Both the position numbers and the translations under genes were made by a program. This document shows, one piece after another, positions 12,125 through 20,113 of a stretch of DNA of 64,000 bases. Each line of letters begins with the position of its first letter. Within the stretch, counting starts at the first letter, position 1. Below the pieces are notes generated by a model. It did not search any database, was not told where the DNA came from, and saw only the letters and a program-made list of their open reading frames with translations. The DNA is from an uncultured Clostridium sp. (lineage in GTDB: Bacteria > Bacillota > Clostridia > TANB77 > CAG-508): assembly GCA_947650745.1 (NCBI GenBank), contig CANSWM010000002.1:503-64502 (forward strand), read 5' to 3'.

Positions 12125-12862
12125 CTAGTATTTTACTTCTACTAAATACAGTCCATGTGCTGGAAGTGTTTTTCCTGCTCTTTGTCTATCCATGGAATTT
12201 ATTATTTCTGGTATGTCATCTTCTTTTATTTTCCCGAATTCCTACTTCTACAAGAGTTCCTGAAATTATTCTAACCATATTATATAAAAAACCATTTCCT
12301 GTAAGCTCTATTATTATTCTATCCCCTCTTTTTTCTACTTCTGCTTTATATATTGTTCTTACGCTGCTTTTACTGCTTGTTCCACTTGCTTTGAATCCTT
12401 TAAAATCATGTGTTCCTTCAAAATGCTTTGCAGCTTTTTTCATTTTATCAATATCTAAAGCTTGTGGAATGTGATATTCTAGAGCTCTTAAGAGGCTGCT
12501 TCCCTCTTCTGAATTGTTTATTATATATCTATATGTTTTTTCTTTACAATTATATCTTGCATGAAAATTTTCTTCTACTTCTTCTACTTTTTTTATTAGT
12601 ATAGAATTTTTTAAATTTGCATTTAATGCTTTTTTTAGAGTTTCTGCTTCTAGTTTACTTTCTGTTTTAAAATTTGCAACTTGTCCGAAGACTGTGTACG
12701 CCTGCATCTGTTCTTCCGAGATGCATTTAGTTCTACATCTTCTTTTGTGATTTGTTTAATTGCTTTTTCTATTTCTCCTTGAATGTTTAGTTTATTTGGC
12801 TGTTTTTGCCAACCACCAAACTGAGTTCCATCATATTCAATTGTTAATTTTATGTTTCTCAT
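12125..12862 (-). pseudogene. truA: tRNA pseudouridine(38-40) synthase TruA, interrupted by three +1 frameshifts (near 12233, 12705, 12727)
   Basis: N-terminus MRNIKLTIEYDGTQFGGWQKQ. Deleting the extra C's restores ...NASGRTDAGVHSLGQVANF... and the C-terminus ...PAHGLYLVEVKY. Every site is an in-frame CGG preceding a conserved Gly. Confidence 0.8.
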
Positions 12863-12925
12863 ACTTACTCTCCGTTTACTTCTACCATTTTATATTTTAT
12901 TTTTTAATTTTTATTTCAAATATTG

Positions 12926-12951
12926 GTACAGCCTTGTTACAGCCTTGCGAA
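12926..12951 (+). repeat. prophage-end direct repeat / candidate integrase arm-type sites (gtacagccttg + gttacagccttgcgaa), left copy
   Basis: 16-bp gttacagccttgcgaa identical to 53485-53500; ~40-bp imperfect direct repeat overall. Confidence 0.5.
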
Positions 12952-13530
12952 TTTATTTTATTGTTCCAATTAAATTCATCTTGTATCCCACACCTATATA
13001 TCTTATACGAATATCTTTTGAATATATGTAACAATATTCTATCTAATATATTTAATCCCATATTGAACCTCCTTATGAATTTAGATTGGAGATATCTCTT
13101 TATAATATTATACCATATTATGTAGTTTAAAATAACTATACTGCGTGTTAGGTATTGATATAGATATTCCTTATCATAAGTAGATTTCAAGGTTCGACAT
13201 TTTTCTACTTTTTTCTACTTTAAATCATTTATTAAATCTTCCATATAATTAGATGCATCTTTTCCTGTTTTTATTTCTGCTTTTGTTTTCTCTATGTAAT
13301 TTATGGCCTCTTGATACTTTTCATCTTCTATAAGTTTATTTATATTATCTAACGAATCAATAATATTTTTGCTCATACAATAACACCTCTTTTGTTTTTA
13401 TTGTTGGTGTTGTTATATCATTTTGTACCTATTTTGTAAATTAGGTATCATATATTAAACTGAAATGTATGGTAGTTAAAATAAATCATACTTTGTTTTA
13501 CAATATCTATAACGAAGGTGAGGTGAGAAA

Positions 13531-13761
13531 ATGATATATGTACGAGTAAATGAAATTTTAAAAGAAAAAAAGAAAACGAAGTATTGGTTTATTAAAAATA
13601 TGGAAGGAGGCTACCAATCATTATCTCATTTAATGGATAACATTACTACTGGAATAAAATTTGAAACACTAGAAAAAATGTGCATAATTTTAGATTGTGA
13701 ACCTGGAGATATTATTGTTAGAAAAAAATCCATTAGAAAGAAGGTTAATAAAAATGAGTAA
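13531..13761 (+). CDS. small XRE/YozG-like helix-turn-helix transcriptional regulator
   Basis: 76-aa ORF with RBS ggtgaggtgag; ...LSHLMDNITTGIKFETLEKMCIILDCEPGDII resembles the short HTH_26-type regulators. Confidence 0.5.
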   Translation: MIYVRVNEILKEKKKTKYWFIKNMEGGYQSLSHLMDNITTGIKFETLEKMCIILDCEPGDIIVRKKSIRKKVNKNE

Positions 13762-14137
13762 ACTTCTAAAGCAATATGAGGAACTAAAGAAAAAAGATCC
13801 TAAAAAAATATATATTTTTAAAGTTGGTATTTTTTATAATATATTAAACGAAGATGCAAGACTAGTTTCAAAAGAAATCGGCCTAAAACTAACTGACTTA
13901 AGTCCTGAAATAATTAAATGTGGTTTTCCTGTCGCTACACTTGAAAAATACACAAATCTATTAACAGAACATAAGATAAAATTTGAAGTTGTATCTAATC
14001 AAACATCTTCTAATCAACATACTTCTTATGAGCAAATTATTAATAAAATACGAAACATTAATTTAGATAATACAACTTGCAAAGAAGCATTTGATATATT
14101 ATATACTATACAACAAAATTTGAAAAATATACAATAA
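13756..14137 (+). CDS. stand-alone MutS domain I (mismatch-binding N-terminal domain)-like protein
   Basis: MSKLLKQYEELKKKDPKKIYIFKVGIFYNILNEDARLVSKEIGLKLTDL...KIKFEVVSNQ aligns with the MutS N-terminus (TPMMQQY..K...PD.ILFFR.GDFYE.F.EDA...S..L.ITLT...KVAI.EQ). Confidence 0.5.
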
Positions 14138-14160
14138 GGGAGATAAAATCTCCCTTTTAT
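14138..14160. terminator. hairpin gggagat-aaa-atctccc + T-run, between convergent genes
   Basis: 7-bp perfect stem followed by ttttat. Confidence 0.6.
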
Positions 14161-14161
14161 A

Positions 14162-15136
14162 TTATTGAACATCTGATTTATATACCCAAGACATAATTTC
14201 TTGTAATAGTACACCATCAGGATGTGTGTTTCCACTTCCTACTTGCATTATCGTATAAGTCTTTCCTTTTATATATGAAGGAATTGTTTGTCCTGTGCAA
14301 TATTTAGAAGCAGATGTTTTTAATGTGACTTTTTGGCCTTTTGAGAAACTTATTGATGCTGCAGGTGTAACAGTATTTGTTGATCCTACTTTTTGTGTAT
14401 AATCTAAACAGATCCATCCAGCACCTGATTTTAATTTACCCCAATTTCCTTGCGTTTCAACTATTGTATATGTTCCTTTATCTCTAATGCAACCTACTAT
14501 TGAATTATTTGTTCCTGCACCACTTCTAATATTTAAAGCATCTGTTGTTACTTTTACTAAATATGAATTACTTGTATTTTGTGTTGTTTGTGTTGTTTGT
14601 GTTGGTGCTGCAGGTGTTGTATTTCCATCTAGTTTTGCATTAACTTCTTTTACTAATTGTGGGAATCTATCTTGTAAGTATTTTCCTGGACAACTTGTGC
14701 TTGCGAACATATTATGTCTTGTTAAACTTCCGTTTTTTGTACCATCATATGTAAGTCTAAAATTATATCTTTTACATATATCTACACATAAATTCACAAG
14801 TGAGTTCCAAGCTGCAGCAGATACTGGCCACTCTCCACCTGTAGAACTATTAGAAACTTCAATTGTAATTGCTTGACAGTCATTTTCACTATTACTTGAT
14901 GTCCAAGCCCTGTTTTCTTCTCCAACATAACAGCCTATTCTTCCATCGTTGCCAATACCATAATTTGAACTTGCTTGTCTGCCTGCTGCTTGGAATATTC
15001 TACCACATTGTTCTGCAGATAAAACACCTGCCATATGGTGTATTGTTATTTTGCAAACTTTATGTCCTTTTCTTCCTTGTGTATAATTACCTAAATTTGC
15101 CTCTACTACTACATTTGTTAATCCTGATTTAATCAT
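14162..15136 (-). CDS. phage endolysin: N-acetylmuramoyl-L-alanine amidase (Amidase_2/PGRP) + TTQ-repeat linker + two SH3b-like cell-wall-binding domains
   Basis: KITIHHMAG...zinc ligands; linker TTPAAPTQTTQTTQNT; C-terminal SH3-like repeats; AGGAGG RBS; last gene of lysis cassette. Confidence 0.85.
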   Translation of the reverse strand: MIKSGLTNVVVEANLGNYTQGRKGHKVCKITIHHMAGVLSAEQCGRIFQAAGRQASSNYGIGNDGRIGCYVGEENRAWTSSNSENDCQAITIEVSNSSTGGEWPVSAAAWNSLVNLCVDICKRYNFRLTYDGTKNGSLTRHNMFASTSCPGKYLQDRFPQLVKEVNAKLDGNTTPAAPTQTTQTTQNTSNSYLVKVTTDALNIRSGAGTNNSIVGCIRDKGTYTIVETQGNWGKLKSGAGWICLDYTQKVGSTNTVTPAASISFSKGQKVTLKTSASKYCTGQTIPSYIKGKTYTIMQVGSGNTHPDGVLLQEIMSWVYKSDVQ

Positions 15137-15302
15137 TTTCGTTTTCCTCCTTTCCGTTTGTTAGTTCTTGTTTCATTTCTTCAGTTAATTCGATTTCTTC
15201 TTCCATAAAAAATCGCTCCTTTCTTTATAAAATTAAAAACAGGAAGATTTTTAATTTTTCTTCCTGTTTTATATAAATATCAGAATTTTTTTCTGATATT
15301 GA

Positions 15303-15346
15303 AAAAAAAACGGCTTGCGAGGTTGCGTTTTAAGCCGTTTTTTATT
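15303..15346 (-). terminator. rho-independent terminator (aaacggctt...aagccgttt + T9 on minus strand) after holin
   Basis: 9-bp stem, long T-tract on minus strand. Confidence 0.6.
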
Positions 15347-15554
15347 CTTGGGTGGTATCATTTATTGTCTTACTTTCGTTCTTTTTAGTGAAATAATATG
15401 TAAATGCTGATGATGTTATGGAACTAAAAAGAGTAAATACTATTTGAAATATATCCCAATTTCCTTGTATGGCCATTATTATTATAAGTGCTACTAATGT
15501 CAAAGTAACTGTGACCGTAACAAAACTTTTTAAATCATTCCACGCTTGTTTCAT
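15342..15554 (-). CDS. phage holin (70 aa, two TM helices)
   Basis: Small membrane protein immediately upstream of endolysin. Confidence 0.6.
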   Translation of the reverse strand: MKQAWNDLKSFVTVTVTLTLVALIIIMAIQGNWDIFQIVFTLFSSITSSAFTYYFTKKNESKTINDTTQE

Positions 15555-15566
15555 AAAGACTCCTTT

Positions 15567-15812
15567 CTAGTGTACTCCCATTCCACTTTTTAATAAAGCA
15601 ATTCCTATTCCAATTACTCCAGTAATAACTGCTGCTGCAACTGTTCTAGTAATCCACTTTAATCTTTCGTTTATTTCGTTAATTTCTTTTTCATTTTCTT
15701 TAGATAAATTGTATGCTTCATCAGACTTATCTTTTACTGACTTATAATCATCAAGTTTTGTTTCAATTTTAGTTAATCTTGTTAATACTTCAGTTTCAAA
15801 ACCTTGTTCCAT
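15567..15812 (-). CDS. XhlA-like haemolysin/holin-associated protein
   Basis: 81 aa, N-terminal coiled-coil plus C-terminal TM helix (AAAVITGVIGIGIALL), position before holin as in PBSX-type cassettes. Confidence 0.6.
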   Translation of the reverse strand: MEQGFETEVLTRLTKIETKLDDYKSVKDKSDEAYNLSKENEKEINEINERLKWITRTVAAAVITGVIGIGIALLKSGMGVH

Positions 15813-15868
15813 AGTTAAAGACTCCTTTCTTTGTATTTTAGTCCAAAAAAATAACGCCTATTAAGCGT

Positions 15869-16003
15869 TTATTTGTAATCCTCTCCAGTTATTTCTTTGT
15901 ACTCTTCTTTTGTTATCCATTTTCCAACAGCATTATAGGTTCTTGCTTTGTTCCATATTCCATTATCATAATAATTTTTTACTTTTTCAAAATTTTTACT
16001 CAT
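15869..16003 (-). CDS. XkdX-family small phage protein (44 aa)
   Basis: MSKNFEKVKNYYDNGIWNKARTYNAVGKWITKEEYKEITGEDYK; RBS GGAGG embedded in the stop region of the upstream ORF; below ORF-track length cutoff. Confidence 0.5.
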   Translation of the reverse strand: MSKNFEKVKNYYDNGIWNKARTYNAVGKWITKEEYKEITGEDYK

Positions 16004-16005
16004 AA

Positions 16006-16338
16006 TTAAGCCTCCTCTAAATCAATATCTGCCATCATTGCTAAATACTCTATATCACCTTGCATTTTTCTTTCTTTTAATTCTGCTTTAGATAATTCTC
16101 TTAATACAAAATAGTAACCATCTTCATAATGAACTATTTGTACTAATTCCATATGTTCATATTCTTGTTTTATTTCTTGACCATCTTCTGATCCTTCTAT
16201 TATAACTTTGGATAATTTTCCTTTGAAATCATCTTCAGTAAGTTTTGCCTCTGATACATAGTTGTTTCCATTTAGTCTAAGGTTTTTAATTTGTGTTCCA
16301 TCAGATAGCGTAATTTTCCATACCCTTGATTTTTCCAT
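16006..16338 (-). CDS. hypothetical phage protein (XkdW-like position), start overlaps the 3' end of the RT gene by 67 nt
   Basis: 110-aa ORF with strong AAGGAGG RBS 8 nt upstream of ATG at 16338. Confidence 0.45.
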   Translation of the reverse strand: MEKSRVWKITLSDGTQIKNLRLNGNNYVSEAKLTEDDFKGKLSKVIIEGSEDGQEIKQEYEHMELVQIVHYEDGYYFVLRELSKAELKERKMQGDIEYLAMMADIDLEEA

Positions 16339-17402
16339 CTTGGTACCTCCTTAAATAAATCATAATATAATTGAGACATATTTTCTATTTGCTTCATTGA
16401 CATATTTTTATAATTCGCTGTCATCCAACTTTTAAATATATTCTCAATTTCTTCATATTTTAGTCTATTATTATTTAGTAATCTTTTATAAGCCTTTAGT
16501 TTTCTTCGTTCTCTAGTAATTGCTTTGGGATGTATTTTTCTAACTACTCGGCCTGTTTCTGTCAATTTATATTGCAATTGTAAAACTCTAAATGGTTGAG
16601 ACAATTTGCATAGATGTGTTTTTTTAGGATTAATTATTAATCCTAGATTATCTGCAATTTCTTTTATTTCTTTTAATAATTGTTTTAAAAAATCTTTGTC
16701 TTTATGAATTATATACATATCATCTGTATATCTTCCATAATATTTAATACCTTTTACAACTTTAATATAATTGTCAATTTTGGTTGGATAAGAAATACCA
16801 ATATTTTGTGATGGTTGGCTTCCTATATCCACTCCTCTTCCATTTTTATTGTCTATATTAAATATATCAAATAGATTTTTTAAAATCCATAATGTAATTC
16901 GTGCTTCTCCTGGATCTACATCTTTTAAAAATGATTGCATAGTTTCTAAACATAAATTATGAGGAATACTTGCATAATATCCACTAAAATCTATTAATAG
17001 TACATAGCCATCATTATTTTTATACTTTCTATAATATTGATGTAAATGTACTTCTAATCTTTTTCTGTGAAATGCTACTCCTTTATTTTTTTGACTTGCT
17101 CCATTATCATATATTAAATAAGGAGAAATAGCTGGACTTAAAATTTCATCGCAAAGTAAATGATTTATTGTTTTATCAATCATTCCATTTGTTGTTATAT
17201 TTCTTATTTTGCCTCTTTCTTTTATTACAAACTTTTTTCCTTTTGTTGGTTTGTATTTCCATTCTTTTAAATCTTTTACAAGTATTGCTGTTTCTAATAA
17301 TTGATTCATTTCAAAGAGTTGTGTTTGATATTTAAAAGGTGCACTTTTTATTGCTTTTGTTCCTGCTTCATATATTTTATTAGCATCATAAAAAATATTC
17401 AT
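16272..17402 (-). CDS. diversity-generating retroelement reverse transcriptase
   Basis: RT fingers/palm with YTDD and DGR-specific IGSQPSQ (IGxxxSQ) motif; 376 aa; sits directly 3' of the TR. Confidence 0.9.
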   Translation of the reverse strand: MNIFYDANKIYEAGTKAIKSAPFKYQTQLFEMNQLLETAILVKDLKEWKYKPTKGKKFVIKERGKIRNITTNGMIDKTINHLLCDEILSPAISPYLIYDNGASQKNKGVAFHRKRLEVHLHQYYRKYKNNDGYVLLIDFSGYYASIPHNLCLETMQSFLKDVDPGEARITLWILKNLFDIFNIDNKNGRGVDIGSQPSQNIGISYPTKIDNYIKVVKGIKYYGRYTDDMYIIHKDKDFLKQLLKEIKEIADNLGLIINPKKTHLCKLSQPFRVLQLQYKLTETGRVVRKIHPKAITRERRKLKAYKRLLNNNRLKYEEIENIFKSWMTANYKNMSMKQIENMSQLYYDLFKEVPRWKNQGYGKLRYLMEHKLKTLD

Positions 17403-17549
17403 AAAAAATCACTTTAATAGTATTACTGGACTTATCCAAATACATAATGATTAGTATTTATCAATTTTTACTAATTGAAGGGATAATCTTTCCTTTCCTT
17501 TCCCATTACCATACTGTGGAAACTTAGTCCATAAAATTTTGTATGGGTG

Positions 17550-17645
17550 TGAAATCAGGACGCACACCGTTAGCGTTCGAAGCGTTGTTATTGTTCGCAT
17601 TACCGTTGTTGTTCACATTAGCGAAGTTCGAAGAAGAAACCACAT
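17550..17645 (-). other. DGR template repeat (TR)
   Basis: Non-coding GC-rich segment ~96% identical to 18319-18414. All 17 mismatches are at TR T on the plus strand, i.e. A on the minus coding strand. Encodes 12 AAY (Asn) codons in the target frame. Confidence 0.9.
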
Positions 17646-17663
17646 ATAAAGATTACCCACTAA

Positions 17664-18176
17664 TTATTTTTTTATATTTTTTAAAAACCTATTGTCGGTT
17701 TGTCGGAGTGATTTTATCATATTAAATTCTTTTTGAATTTCTAATACTAAATTTATATATTTATTAAGATCTGCATATAAGCATTCTCCTGCATATTGTA
17801 ATTCATCTTGTAAAGCATTACAACACGCCATTGCTCTATCCATTTCCAATCTTCGTTCTTCAAATTCTGACATATATGTTGGAAATATTGTATTTGCAAT
17901 TCTTAAATGCCTACTTATTCCTGTTGCAAGTTCTATAACATTATCTGTTAATCTATTGATTTGACTTCGATAAAATTTATACATATTGTCTTTGACTCTT
18001 TTTTGTTCTTCTTCAGGTAATTCTTTTATTCTATTATTTATTTTATCTTCTATTTTAGAAAATGTTATATAAAAATTGTTTTCTGCTAAATTTGTTACTG
18101 CTTGTCTTATCATATACGCATTATGAATTGTTTGTAATTTTGATTCACTTCTTTCACTCTTTTTTATATCCGACAT
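17664..18176 (-). CDS. accessory variability determinant (Avd)-like protein (candidate)
   Basis: 170-aa helical basic protein located between the target gene and TR, the canonical avd position. Longer than typical Avd (~110-130 aa); no direct motif evidence. Confidence 0.45.
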   Translation of the reverse strand: MSDIKKSERSESKLQTIHNAYMIRQAVTNLAENNFYITFSKIEDKINNRIKELPEEEQKRVKDNMYKFYRSQINRLTDNVIELATGISRHLRIANTIFPTYMSEFEERRLEMDRAMACCNALQDELQYAGECLYADLNKYINLVLEIQKEFNMIKSLRQTDNRFLKNIKK

Positions 18177-18276
18177 AACCTAATAATACTATTTCTCCTT
18201 TACTTAATTATTCGCAAAAGATTGTATCACTTTTTTTTCATCAATTTAACTCTACTAAACAATCACTATATTATAA

Positions 18277-18297
18277 GACAGGGCATAAAGCCCTGTC
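18277..18297. promoter_or_regulatory. GC-rich hairpin (gacagggc-ataaa-gccctgtc) ~20 nt downstream of VR/target stop; candidate DGR homing-enhancing stem-loop
   Basis: 8-bp perfect stem, 5-nt loop, directly 3' of the target gene. A comparable element is required for efficient homing in the Bordetella phage DGR. Confidence 0.5.
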
Positions 18298-18307
18298 AGA
18301 TGTCTGA

Positions 18308-19561
18308 TTAGTAGATTAGGAAAGCAGGACGCACACCGGCAGCGATCGAAGCGTTGGTAGCGGCCGCAGCACCGCCGTTGGCCACACCAGCGAAGCTCGA
18401 AGAAGAAACCACATCCCTTAGCCAATACCAGTATCTTGCGTTGTTGTCATCTCTCGCTATTATTTTACTTGGATTTAATCTGAATAATGATAATTGTGAC
18501 TTATCAATTCCAGTTTCATATCCACTTGAACCCCATACATCGTGGCCATAAACCATACTTTCATTCATAAGTTCTATTGTAGAATCATACCACGTCCATC
18601 CTGTTGATTTACCATCTGCAACTGCATTTGTTAATAATTCTTTGTGACTTAAAATATGATTTGAAGTAAAGTCATTTTGAATTACAGTTTTAAATGGTGC
18701 TAAATAATTTGTGTACATTTTACTGCCAAAATAACCTCCAGTTGTAATATTGGTATCATTCATTTTTGCTGTTCCCATTATTCTTTCAGGAATCATTAAA
18801 ATATGTTGTTTTGTACATTCAGTATCTCCACAATATAACCTATAATTAATATCTGCAACTAAATATTTCTTTTTGCTTACCTTTCCTATAACATAGTCTC
18901 CTATAAATATATCATCAAAAGTTCCTGCAGCAATTTGCTTTGACAGAGTACCATCATAAAATAAATCTGTTATATCTTTTCCCCTATAAATTGAATTGTG
19001 TGCTCCTGCATTTGGTGCAACAACTATTGATTTTAAATTAGCAAATTTTGCATCATAATCATCTGTAAGTTCTTGTGCTTTTTCAATCAAATCTTCTTCA
19101 GTAACATATACTGTACTTGGATCAACAGTTATTGTTACATTGTTCGCATTATCAACTGTTATAATCATATCGTAATAATGCTCTTTTTTTTCTGATATTG
19201 AATTATTTATATATTCTGCTTCTTCTCCATAGTTTATATATGCAAATAATACTTCGTCGTTTGTATCAGGATCAATAGCATATAAACCTAATTCTCTTAA
19301 CCAGAATCCTTCTTCAGCATCAGTATTTTTAAATAACCCTCTAACAGTAACTTGTGTGTCTGTTTCCCTTGCTATTTTTGTAATAGCAAATTCCAATTTA
19401 GGAGAATTTAAATCTGTTAGAGCTTTTATTTCTTCTACACTTCCACTTTCTAGCGAACCATCTCCAATTTGAAACCTTGAAAAACTTAAGGTTTTTGATT
19501 GTAAAGTTTTTGCTGCTAAAATTGCTCCTTGTGTAGTTATGTATGTTATTCCATACGCCAT
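18308..19561 (-). CDS. DGR target protein: phage tail fibre / receptor-binding protein with C-terminal C-type-lectin/FGE-like fold bearing the VR
   Basis: 417 aa. Tail-fibre-like N-terminus and C-terminus ...WTWYDS...YGHDVWGSSGYE...ARYWYWLRDVVSSSSFAGVANGGAAAATNASIAAGVRPAFLIY. The last ~32 codons are the VR. Confidence 0.85.
   Translation of the reverse strand: MAYGITYITTQGAILAAKTLQSKTLSFSRFQIGDGSLESGSVEEIKALTDLNSPKLEFAITKIARETDTQVTVRGLFKNTDAEEGFWLRELGLYAIDPDTNDEVLFAYINYGEEAEYINNSISEKKEHYYDMIITVDNANNVTITVDPSTVYVTEEDLIEKAQELTDDYDAKFANLKSIVVAPNAGAHNSIYRGKDITDLFYDGTLSKQIAAGTFDDIFIGDYVIGKVSKKKYLVADINYRLYCGDTECTKQHILMIPERIMGTAKMNDTNITTGGYFGSKMYTNYLAPFKTVIQNDFTSNHILSHKELLTNAVADGKSTGWTWYDSTIELMNESMVYGHDVWGSSGYETGIDKSQLSLFRLNPSKIIARDDNNARYWYWLRDVVSSSSFAGVANGGAAAATNASIAAGVRPAFLIY
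18319..18414 (-). repeat. DGR variable repeat (VR) at 3' end of target gene
   Basis: See TR; adenine-specific substitution pattern. Confidence 0.9.
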
Positions 19562-19564
19562 TTT

Positions 19565-20113
19565 TTATTCCTCCTCTACTAAATGAATATATTTCCTATG
19601 AACAGGAATAATCCCTATGTTGTAATTCATAGGGACTTCATTTTTATCTATTATAACATCCATATTCATAGGTAATTTTATATAAGAATCACGAATTAAC
19701 ATTGCACCAAATTTATATGGTAGATCTAATATAATTGAAATTTCTTCAATATAATTATTGATATCATATAATATTTTTTCTAGTACATTGGCCTGTTCGT
19801 AATTCATTGTATTGTTGTAAATTATTGTTTCAGTAGTTAATGCATAGCAAAATTCTTTTAATGTATCTATATTGCTTCTTATTCTATCTATATGTTTTCT
19901 TGTTGGATAATCTTTCATATTCCAATTAGTTTTTATTACTAATGTTTCAGAGAAGCCATATTTTACTAAAATATTTTGCAAGTATTCACACCAGGATTCA
20001 ATTCTATTTAAGTCTATATAATTATAACTTCCTTTTAAATGTGTGCTACTTCCTGGATTATTTAATGCTGTTTCTACATCACTTGCTGATCTATCATATA
20101 TTAAATCATCCAT
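19565..20113 (-). CDS. hypothetical phage tail protein
   Basis: 182-aa ORF in tail module, no motif recognised. Confidence 0.35.
   Translation of the reverse strand: MDDLIYDRSASDVETALNNPGSSTHLKGSYNYIDLNRIESWCEYLQNILVKYGFSETLVIKTNWNMKDYPTRKHIDRIRSNIDTLKEFCYALTTETIIYNNTMNYEQANVLEKILYDINNYIEEISIILDLPYKFGAMLIRDSYIKLPMNMDVIIDKNEVPMNYNIGIIPVHRKYIHLVEEE

Noticed and set aside
12897-13190. 97-aa minus-strand ORF spanning the attL repeat region
   Set aside because: It runs across the prophage/host junction and the arm-type repeats. It has low-complexity I/Y/K-rich composition and no RBS
17543-17725. Plus-strand ORF (60 aa) overlapping the DGR TR, and a similar plus-strand ORF at 18354-18551 over the VR (MVAAAAPPLATPAKLEEETT...)
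   Set aside because: Both are antisense read-throughs of the GC-rich TR/VR sequence, so they have identical C-terminal ...KLEEETT by construction. They have no RBS, and the real coding strand is minus
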